A stretch of DNA of 60,492 nucleotides, the filler included, from Basidioascus undulatus (Eukaryota): NCBI GenBank assembly GCA_000826855.1. It is 7 parts of 7 records of this genome, joined end to end, with 100 filler letters (N's around TTAATTAATTAA, not from the genome) between each part and the next. Parts side by side here need not be neighbours in the genome. Positions count along the whole stretch, not along the records: positions 43,321 to 51,865 come from JTLS01001376.1; positions 51,966 to 60,492 come from JTLS01001377.1; 5 more parts are not named here. One strand, given 5' to 3'. The notes under the pieces were generated by a model. The model did no database searches, was not told the DNA's origin, and saw only the letters and a program-made list of their open reading frames with translations. The position numbers and the translations under genes were made by a program. This document shows, one piece after another, positions 46,894 to 56,531 of the stretch. Position 1 is the stretch's first letter. Each line of letters starts with the position of its first letter.

Positions 46894-48449
46894 ATGCCCG
46901 CACCCTCCGAAGACCTCACCACCGTCATCATTGGTTCGTGCTATATACTAACATATATGTACTGGCTAAACTCCACGTGGAATATTGCCAGGCAGAACTG
47001 CCGGGATCGGCAAGCTTCTAGCTGAGACGCTGCACTCGCAAGGGTTCGTCTGCTCCTTTAACTGGTTGGCCTGCTTTTGCTCACGCTTCATCTCCAGCAT
47101 CCGAGTCTTTATTGGAAGTCGCAGTAATTCGCGCGCACAGCTCTTCATTGAGCTGAAAGCTCGCCGTCCCTACTCTGCGTTCGCTCACGACGTCGACGTT
47201 GCCGACTGCGATTCGCAACTTGCCTTCTTTAAGGCATTCGAAGACGAGCTTGGATCGTATCGACTATGTGTTCGTGAACGTCGGCATCTCAGTCTGTTGT
47301 TACTCAATATATTCAGGAGAACCTCGCTTATCAAGGACACCCCACTCACACAGGAAGCTGGAGGAGCACCCTTCCTACCCGCGCCTTTAGCCCAAACGGA
47401 CGAGATCGTCAAACCGGACTTGAAAGTCCACGATGTGCGTAACCAGAATCCTCATGCCATGGTCATTTGGCTGACATTTTGCTGACATGACTGCGTGCGC
47501 TGGCATTCCGCTGTTTCACTTGCCAGGTGGACTACACTGGGGCAATGTGGGCCAGCTCAATTGCTGTGCAATATTTCCGCCGACAGGAGCCGGGGAAGTA
47601 CGGCTTCCGTGGCAAGCTGGTGCGATGCGCTTAGTTCTCATGTGCAATCTTTGCACTGCATTCTTACAAGTAACGCTTTGGATATTGGGATAGGCCATTA
47701 TGACTTCCATGACTGGCGTTTATCGTGCGTGTGCCTTGATTGTTCCTACTGGCTTCGCTCTGAAGACTACACTTCCTTTGCTGGGACTCAAGCTGTGCCG
47801 TACCTCATCAACTATTCAGCTGCCAAGGCTGGTATCAATGCCTTGGTCCGCTCTTTGAGCAACACTGTGGTCGATCATCACATCACTGTTAATGGAGGTC
47901 CGCGATCTTCCTTATCTCACAGAGCCATTGCAGCAGCGGGGGGCAGATCGTGCTGACGAGAGCTTCCTAAAATCTTCTATCATTGGCTCCAAATCTCACC
48001 CCGACTGACATGGCTTCCGGCAAGTTCTGGGAGTACATCGAAAAGCTTGGGCTCCTCACTCTGCTCGAGATTACGGTTAAAGCCTTGACCATGTTTCTCG
48101 ACCCAGGCGAGCTTTCCAGTGCGGCGACTCTCAACATGTTGAAGCGAAGACGATGGTCTTTCTGACTGCGGTCCCCTCCTACGAAACAGGAGAGATTGCG
48201 GAAGTTAGCACCGACAACATCGCCCTGCGTGAACCCAACAAATTTATCGATGAGGCAAGCGAGAAAAACACGGTGAGATTCAAGCTCTTTGCCCCGTTTT
48301 GCCAGTTCCTCTTCTCTCCGCCCATGAGTCCGATCCGCGTTGTGTATTTTCTCTGCTAAACGAGGCCAACTAGTCGGTTGGGGCTGCCAACAGGCATTCC
48401 TCGCCATGGGCGGCAATTGCCGCTTTACGTCAATGGGAAACTGCCCTGA
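46894..48449 (+). pseudogene. Short-chain dehydrogenase/reductase (15-PGDH-like), frameshifted
   Basis: TVIIGGRTAGIG, RIDYVFVNVGI, YSAAKAG, ITVNGLAPN; +1 frameshift near 47255. The 3' end is approximate. Confidence 0.7.
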
Positions 48450-48704
48450 ATGGAGCTGTGTCTACGGAAAGTGTTCTATTGAAGATGCTTCATAAATGCA
48501 GCACACTGCAAAGAGCTCCACGAGTGCTTCGACGCAACAAGCAGCATTGACCCGTCAACAGCGAAGCCGCACTCCGGGAGCTCTGCACCGTGCACTGCAA
48601 TGGCGGCGGATCCTTTTCCACAGCACAACGCATGGTGCCAGGATGATCCTATGCTGCCATAATGACCTTACAAACTCCTTCCGCTCCCAATGGCCTGTTT
48701 GTCC

Positions 48705-49480
48705 TCAAAGCTGTACCTCCCCCCGCCTCTCCTCTTCGCGCTGGACGGTAGCAGCGGCGAGCTTCGATCCCGCAGACTGCAGGTTCTCTGCAACACCTCC
48801 TTTCCAGACCGTTCCCACTTTCGCCGCGGACCCAAACAATCGTTGATTAATTACACTTGGGCCCGGTCTTGGATAAAGGGAACACTCACGGGTCGACAGT
48901 TCAGCCGCGTCCTGCACGTCCGCATCAGCCTGCACTTGGGCAGCGACAAGGAGCGGGTCCACCTGGTCCCTGGGTGCCTTCGGGACCTGGAACGCGGTAT
49001 CCTTGTCAACCTCCGCTTCCTGCGCGACTGCCTCGGCGACGTTGGCCACCGCTTTCTCAGCCATCTGCGCCGCAGACCCCCGAGGGACCGCACCGCGCTC
49101 GCGGGCGGTCTCCGAGTGGAATTTGCCGGCTACTCCCTGCAAAGACGGGAAACATACTATGTCAAGGAGTACAGCTCGTGATGGTAGGGATAGCCTCCGA
49201 AGCATGTAACTTACCTTCGTAATAGAAAGATCGGCAACCTGACAAATAGATCGTATAAGCGGCCGACGGTGAAAGTGGTAGACCAGTTCAGTTCCGGATT
49301 GCCTACGTGGTCGACGATACTGGGTCGATCATCCATGTCGGTGGAAGATAATGTAAATGTTTCTATGGTCTTAACTGAAGTCGATGCTTGCGGTCAGTGG
49401 CGAGGATACGCAGCAGAAACCCTGCACACACATGGCTCTGCCGGCCCTGCCGCGATTGAGTTCAAGACCTCAGCATGCGG
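48705..49480 (-). CDS. Possible hypothetical or degenerate gene
   Basis: Coding-like exons (KTIETFTLSSTDMDDRP...; AEKAVANVAEAVAQEAEVDKD) with GTAAGT and CAG sites, but exon phases do not join cleanly. Confidence 0.25.
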
Positions 49481-50633
49481 TCACTCATAGGAAACATGTA
49501 GTCTACTTCACGTGCTTTGAATCAAATTTTAAGGGCTCTCGTGAAAGTACTTGAAAGGGTAAGCAACCAAGCGTGAGAGAACGCAAGTGACAACCGACGA
49601 CAGCGTTGCACCGTGGCGTTGGGCGGCGCGGCTGCAGCGGAGTAGAAGCACTGCAGCCACCAAGCAAGGAAGAGTCAATGTCTTCAAAGAAGGGTGCCCA
49701 AGGAAGGTTTACTGAGGTTTCATAATGAAGCAATAGGACAAGATCACATCCGTCTCCGACGCGCAAAATGGGGTCTACCCCGCACGTTGTGAGTGACCAG
49801 AAAACACCTGTCCGAACGTATGTTCTCTTTAGGGAAGAGCCACTTTTTGTTCATATATGGAATTTAATCTATAAAGCTCTTGGTATCCTCCAAGCTTCGG
49901 CCGTTCCGGCGCTGGTCTGACATTCTATTCTACATCGTGGCTGCACTCAGTGGGGAATCTAGATGCGTGAAGCACCGCATCCTTGTCTCACTGACGTTTT
50001 GCTCAAGCACAAGATCAAAGAGGCACATTTATCGTGGTGAGTTCGGGAAAAATAGAAGGAGCTGGGTTCTAAATGGTAGACTAGTTGACACGCGCCGAGT
50101 GCACGCTGTGATGCACATGCTTCGCGGGTAGACTTTTGTGGACATTCCTCGAATCCTCTTGTATTTCTTCGAAGAAACAAGGTCTGCTGAGACATGGATC
50201 TGTCGCAGTTGTACCAAATTCCCCTTGTAAGAGATGTATCGTATAAGCCGACGGGAGGCACGCTGCCGAGTCGAGCAGCTGTGGACGCCGGGCTGCATGC
50301 CGAGCCCGGCGAGCTCTTACGCCATAATCGGGTGTTTATAGGTGAGAATGGTGAAGTGTTTTACTACAATTGAAGCTGAATAGTACGCCTGAGGAGGTGG
50401 AAGAGCACAATGGCAGCGGATAAGATGTGGACTTCCATTGAAAGCAAGCAATGCAGTCTGCCGCTGACCTCCTCCTCGTAGCATTTACCCATCCTCGCTA
50501 GCCTGCACATCACACGCTAACCACATCGTGTGCGACAGAACCCCCCGTTCCCGGCGGCGGATTGGCAGTGTTGTTTGTCAGAGCACGCAATCAGTGAGCA
50601 CGCGATGCCTCCTGGCGCATTGCGTTCTTCTGC

Positions 50634-51594
50634 TTGCCAGATTGCACCATTTCACCTCACACATCGCTCGCTTGCACAGCAAAGTCGTACTCAATAAAGA
50701 TCCCATGCTCGTCCTTCTACCACCAATCTCATTGCCATAATCACCACTCTGCCATCGACCGCATTGAAACACTGCTGAACATGTACGCTGCGCCTGCCTG
50801 CTTGGAACACTGTGTGCACCACCGGGGCTGACGGGCTTGGGAGGCTCTGGAAAGGCCTCGCGTTTCCTACGAACAGCTTCACGCCGATCTTGCGGCCCTC
50901 GACCACCCGCACGCCCCCACGCCCGCAGACCTCAAGTCCTTCGCGCGCAAGCACGGCTACTCGACGCCGCGCCAGCTGCGTGCTCGGGTACGTATTCCGC
51001 TATCTCCTTCTTCCCCACCCCTTCCGAAGCTCTCAGAACTTACATGAAGTGGGGTTGCCTAGATATCCAAGTTGAATGAGGCACTCGCCAACGGACTCTC
51101 CCCCGCCTCCCTCGACGAGCTGCCCGCGAGCCGGCGAACCGTCTTCCGCCTCTCGCACGCCGAGCTCGCGGACCGCCTGCAGGAGGGAAATACGTGGTCT
51201 GAGATTGCGCGTGAGGCGGGGGTCAAACCAGCCTGTAAGCGCCTCCCCTCCCCTTCTCCTCCCCCTCCTCCTCCTGCTCAGCTGATGATTTCGCGGCGTC
51301 CAGATGCCATGGCAGTGTGGGCTGCGCACGCGCACAGGTACCCCCGCGTGAGGTACCTCCACGGGAAGGGGCGCGGGCGCGCCGGTCAGAGAGTGTCGGT
51401 TGAGGATCGGGAGGTCGTGAGGCTTGTGGGCGAGGGACGCATCGATAGGAAGGAGGCGTACGAGCGCTTGATGCAGTGCGGACGGACGAGGGGGGGCGCG
51501 AAGCAGGTGCTTATGTATGTTCACCTTCTGCTGAGCTACTCCTTTCTTTCCTCCCAGTAATGTTGTGCTCATGAATGTACGGAGAAAACAGTAA
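50634..51594 (+). CDS. Hypothetical protein with helix-turn-helix-like segments
   Basis: Four in-phase introns give IDRIETLLNMPRVSYEQLHADL...FARKHGY...LQEGNTWSEIAREAGVKP...VRRKQ*. The start is not determined. Confidence 0.45.
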
Positions 51595-51596
51595 AT

Positions 51597-51828
51597 ACGC
51601 GACAGACCGTCGCGACTCCTCTTCCTCCCTCGCCTCCTCCTCCATGTCCTTCACCTCTCCCGCGCCCGTCCAGCTCGTCCGTCCGCGACTCTCGCCCGCC
51701 CCACGCGCGTTGAAGAGCACGACGTGCGCACCTAGCGTGGTGCGGAATGTGTGGGACAGGTGCTGGATCGTCGGGTCGTGCAGGGTGCCGCCGAGAGGGG
51801 CGTAGGGGTGCGCGAGAATTGCGAGGGA
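51597..51828 (-). pseudogene. Alpha/beta-hydrolase fragment
   Basis: LAILAHPYAPLGGTLHDP...VLFNARGAGESRGRTSWTGAGEVKD. No GxSxG follows before the frame runs into the convergent gene. Confidence 0.6.
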
Positions 51829-51865
51829 CTTGCGTGAGGGGAAGTCAGCACACTGCTCTACACTG

Positions 51866-51965
51866 NNNNNNNNNNNNNNNNNNNNNNNNNNNNNNNNNNN
51901 NNNNNNNNNTTAATTAATTAANNNNNNNNNNNNNNNNNNNNNNNNNNNNNNNNNNNNNNNNNNNN
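51866..51965. other. Artificial contig linker
   Basis: N44-TTAATTAATTAA-N44. Confidence 0.97.
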
Positions 51966-52894
51966 CCCCAGTCCCCCCCCCCCCCCGCCGCCACCCCCGA
52001 CACTACGACCGAGATGGCCCCCGCTGCGCCGGCGACGCCTGCGGAGGGCAAGTCCTCGAAGAAAGACAAGAAGCGTAAGCGCGAGTCCAAGGCGGTGCGT
52101 CTTTCTTTACTCGTTCACCGGACGCGGGTCTGATGTGGGTTGGGGGATGGTAGGCTGAGGAGGCGGAGAAGGCGAAGCCGGAGGAGGCGGCTGCGTCCCC
52201 CGCGCCTGCGCCGGCTAAGGATGAGGATGAGAAGGAGGCCAAGAAGAGGAGGAAGGAGGAGAAGAAGGCGAAGAAGGCCGCAAAGACCGCTGCGAAGAAG
52301 GCGGAGGTGCGTCTTCGACCTTGCCCCCTCCCTTTCTTCAAGCCCCGAATACTTACCCGGGGTATTCTATGTGTGTGGACCAGGCTACGCCCGCGGCGGA
52401 AGAGGCGGCCCCTGAGCCGGTGGAGGAGAAGGAGCCCGAGGCGGAGAAGATGGACGTCACGCCCGCAGCTGCGACGCCTAAAGATAAGAAGGAGAAGAAG
52501 GAGAAGAAGAAGGTCCTTCTTCGCCTCTCTCCTCTTCCCCGCCCCCCTCCTCTCACCCTCTTCTCACCCACAGAAGCGCAAGTCCTCCCCTCCCCCCGCT
52601 CCCGCGCCCGCTCCCGCGCGCGCATCCTCCATTGCCCTCCGCCTCCCGCCCTCTGCCCTGCGCACCTCCGTCCTCTCCGTCCTCTCCTCCACCGCGCCGT
52701 CCAACCCTTCCGGCACGCCCTTCGGCGACCTCCTCGGCCTCGCCGTTGCGCACCTGCTCCAGTCCAAGGGGTACGAGGGCGCCCCGCCCGAGGGCACAAG
52801 CGTCGAGACCGAGCTCGGGAAGCACGTCCTCCAGGGGGTCCGGCTCCGGAGGCGCACGGATGGGGACGAGGGCGTCGAGGTCATTTTCGAATGA
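51966..52894 (+). CDS. 3' part of a Lys/Glu-rich, probably nuclear/nucleolar protein
   Basis: Exons KKDKKRKRESK, EAKKRRKEEKKAKK and KDKKEKKEKK, ending in a small folded-looking tail ...GVEVIFE*. Confidence 0.6.
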
Positions 52895-53189
52895 TGCTCG
52901 CGCTGGGGTTGATGTTGTTGGGCATGCATGTTGTTAATTGTAGCCCCCGCGTGGGATGCGGTCTGCAGTGTGCGGTATGGGTTCCTTCTTGCAAGAGCTT
53001 CCCGCACCTCCACAGCAAAGCCCGTGAGTCCTCCACGCGTCCTCCTCCCCTCATCCCCCAGGCTCACTCTTCCCCCGCCTCCGCAGAACATTACTCACCC
53101 ACAGCGTCGCACACCCAGCCCAACAACAACTCGTGAGTCCCCCTTCCGCACTGCACTTGTACTCGACGAACAAACGCCTTTCTTGCGCT

Positions 53190-53281
53190 TCAATGATGAG
53201 CATACATCGTACAAACTCAGCTCACCTCGACCGTGTCCAAAGGACACGGCATGAGATGAATGCGATTCATACCTCTGACCC
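53190..53281 (+). ncRNA. snR71: Box C/D snoRNA, snR71/SNORD29-like, copy 1
   Basis: C box ATGATGA 53193-53199; guide AAACTCAGCTCAC 53213-53225 complementary to LSU GUGAGCUGGGUUU; D' TCGA; internal hairpin; D box CTGA 53275-53278. Confidence 0.85.
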
Positions 53282-53507
53282 CTCCTTACTTTCTCTTTCT
53301 TCGTACAACGCACATCCCGCGGCCCGTCCGAGTGGACGCTGACTTTGCATTGCATCGGAAGGCTATGGCCATCCACAGCATGCCAGCAGTATTGCTCTTT
53401 CGCCGAACCGTCCGGTGAGTGCGCACTCCGTCTTCTATGTTCCGTCGTCGCCGATCGAATGCGAAAGGCGCGACGCCCGTATGCTACGCAACGCGAATGG
53501 AAGGACT

Positions 53508-53591
53508 CGAATGATGAACCGTCATAAACTCAGCTCACCTCGACTGTCCAGCGGACGGCATGAGATGCACACTTTGACTCTCTTCTGATCT
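53508..53591 (+). ncRNA. snR71: Box C/D snoRNA, snR71/SNORD29-like, copy 2
   Basis: C box 53511-53517; guide AAACTCAGCTCAC 53526-53538; D' TCGA 53540-53543; D box CTGA 53585-53588. Confidence 0.85.
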
Positions 53592-53816
53592 CCTCATCTC
53601 CTCGCCATTTCGCACCGCGTCTGTCCTTTGACGAAGGGCTCGCCGCTGATGTTACGGACCCCGGACAGCTCGTACAGCTCTTGCGACACCAGCACCGACA
53701 CAGCCCGCTCTTCCTCATCTCCCGCATTATGGTGAGTTCCACGCGCACTTTTGATATCCGTCGATTTGCGAGGAGCATCGCTTCCACGCTGCTTTTTCGG
53801 TGGAGAGGGGACCATC

Positions 53817-53903
53817 ACTATGATGAGCTTCAATCGTTAACTCAGCTCACCTCGATCGTGTCCAGCGGACGCATGAGATGAACACGATCTTATACTCTGA
53901 TCC
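53817..53903 (+). ncRNA. snR71: Box C/D snoRNA, snR71/SNORD29-like, copy 3
   Basis: C box 53820-53826; guide AACTCAGCTCAC 53839-53850; D' TCGA 53852-53855; D box CTGA 53897-53900. Confidence 0.85.
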
Positions 53904-54848
53904 GCTTTCCCATACTTCACCTGCACGCGCGTTACCCCTCGAACGATTGACTGACATGTTTGGACTGCTTGCTGTAAGGTTCAACCAGGATCCCTCTGTC
54001 AAGCCGCCATTTTACATCAACGTCCTCTCACAAACCCCAGCCACTCTTCTCGACCTGCTTTCAACATGCGGTGCAGCAGCGGCTGCCTCCATCGAGTTTG
54101 AGGACGCCGCCACGCTCGGTAGGGATGGGAGAGAGCGTATTTGTTTTGACAGCCCAATCGTGAGCATAAATATGAAATGTCTCTATGTCTATGGTCGAGT
54201 TCTCAAGTGCATCAGGCGGGCGGTGGCCGCACCGCAACGACTCAGGCCCGTCGCTCTCATTGTGTGGCCCGTCATGCTCTTCAACGCTCTTCCTCCGCAT
54301 TCTCGAAAAGCGGTGCACATTTTTCTCGTTCATGGACCTTGCATCCCTGCACCGCCTTCATATCTGCACCGCCACCCTTGGCTCTGGCACAGCTGGGCTA
54401 CGTTCTTGAATGCAATGGGGACGCCAATCTTTTTGAGCTCATGCTTTTGTAGGTGTAAATCAATAATGCTATTGCTTGAATGCGTTGGTACGATGATGCA
54501 AAACGCTTCAAGATGCACGGCAAGGGGAACTGCCCAATCAACGACTGGAACCCCCTCTAAGGAAAATGTCGCCCCTGTCGTCCCCTTAGCTGCAGACAAC
54601 TGCAGCCCCTAACCGCCTGTCTTCCATGAAACTGTTTCAGAGAAGACAGTATGTAGGTTATACCTAATACAAGATTGGCAATCGTTATGAACCACAACGA
54701 CGGGGCTGAACGCATCTCCGCATTTCATCGCCGACATCCCTCTTGATCCGTCCTGCACGGGCCGGTCGACTTTGTGTTCCGCCACCGTACCTCTTGCTCA
54801 GTTTCTCGCAATCACGTCCACTCCTCCGCTCTCCTCCCATTACCCGTA

Positions 54849-56238
54849 ATGGCAGCGCGACCAAACCCCGTCAACTGCTTGAACAGTACCGCCAGTGCCG
54901 TTTGGTACAGTTCGGCAGGAGCATCTCCCTGCTCGCTTTTGCAGAGCATGCACAGGCTGTGCGACACGACTTGTACGACGCTCTCCATTCGGAACTTGCT
55001 TTTTATGCACCCACGAACGAAGTTGCTGAGCGCAGACTTCAGTTTCCATCGACTACCTTACGACCTCCCTCAACTATGTCTCGTCCAATTACACGTGGGA
55101 CGATTGCAGCTGTTCTTCAATCACCTTCGGCGTCAGTATGTCGCGTTCCCATAGTATAACGATTCATGCTTTTTTCGCTCTTACACATACCATTGACTCG
55201 CTCCAGCGAACGCCTGCTATCTTTGTCAAAGCTCGGCAACGGGCGACTTCGACGCCGACTTTCGCGACGTGACCGCCAGATTTCAGGACTGGAACCTGGC
55301 GTGCCTACCGAAGTATGCCAATAACAACACGTGAGTCTCGTATTCATTTCACGTTGGTCTTGTGCAGTGGGAGAAAGGGTGGGTGGAGGGAGGGAAGGAT
55401 GGGAAGTGCAATCGCTGACATACAGTCTGCCTTTACAGGTTCGCCACCCCGACGCTGCTTGACCGCATGTGGCACATCGGCATGCCCAAGTGGGTGTGGA
55501 TTACGAGAAACAAAGCCGACTTTGACTTGAAATGGTACGTACTCTGAGAGTACCTGGTCGGCCCGGCGTGGCAGGCTTCTGATCTACCCGTTCCACCCTT
55601 GTCACGGCGCAGGAACCTCACAGCAGCGTTCCAGAACGCGTCAGCGTACATCGTCCCTAGCAACACTACCAACGATCCCGCCCCCTCCTTTTCCTCTACA
55701 ACCTCGCTCCCAACGGACTCGAACAGCAGCTCCACCTCTACCCCGACCGGGGCGATCGCTGGCGGAGTCGTAGGAGGCGTGGTCGCAGTCGGTCTCTTCG
55801 CCGCGCTCCTTTGGTGGTTCCTGCGCCGGCGACGCGAAGGTCGCGTACATCGACAGAAGACCGAAATGGATCTCATGGACGTCAGCATCGAGCCCTTCGA
55901 CGAAGGTCGTACGCCTCTCGCCTTGGCAGGGGAAAGTGAGCACCTCCTTTTCCGTTCTCCGTTGATGCGTGGGCGTGTAATGAATGAGCCGTACCCCAGC
56001 AGACCCTTTCTTCGCTCCGACGACCGCGGCTTCCGAGATCACTGGCGTCCCCCCCTCGCCGACCTTCACCGGCCCACCGGCTACTCATATAGGGTATCCA
56101 ACAAAAGCGTGGCGGTTGGAGACGCATTCAACCCCGCCACCGCCCGTGAGGTCTGAGGAAGACAGCGGGGTTATTTTGATGACCTCGGCCGAGTCAGCGG
56201 AGGAAAGTGTACCCCCGTCGTACGGCAGCTTGCGGTAA
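54849..56238 (+). CDS. Single-pass membrane protein with Cys-rich ectodomain, Ser/Thr stalk and TM helix (basidiomycete surface-sensor-like)
   Basis: Splices to NCLNS..WYSSAGASPC..LC..DCSCSSITFGVTNACYLCQ..W..C..MPKWVW..., then TGAIAGGVVGGVVAVGLFAALLWWFLRRRR and terminal PPSY. The start is uncertain. Confidence 0.7.
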
Positions 56239-56531
56239 TTGTAGAAGTTTTAGGCAGTTCGGACAGTGCAACGTTTGCGTGCCATCTTTGCGACTTTTAC
56301 TTTGCCTAAGTTCGAAAACTTGCTCACGTCCCCTCCACAATCGCGACGCCATGCACGACCAGACATCTCAACCTTGTTGCGCAAGCTCTGTTCCCGTCGG
56401 CTGCCAGCGAACGACAGCGCACGGATGAGTTAAAATGTGTTTGAATGCGATATGAAGTGCATATTGACTTGAGTAAAGTTAATATGAGCGCTAGAAAATG
56501 GAAGATGAAGCGAAAGCGGGGTGGTCCGCTG

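Larger units (their letters stand above)
53133..53978 (+). other. snoRNA host transcript: three introns (53133-53361, 53415-53668, 53732-53978) separated by 53- and 63-nt exons
   Basis: Each intron has a GTGAGT donor, a CTGAY branch site and an AG acceptor, and is about 230-255 nt, much longer than other introns in the window. Confidence 0.75.

Noticed and set aside
53190..53903. Three regularly spaced repeats as a CRISPR array or transposon termini
   Set aside because: The period is about 310 bp, the context is eukaryotic and there are no cas genes; C/D boxes, rRNA complementarity and intron positions explain the repeats.
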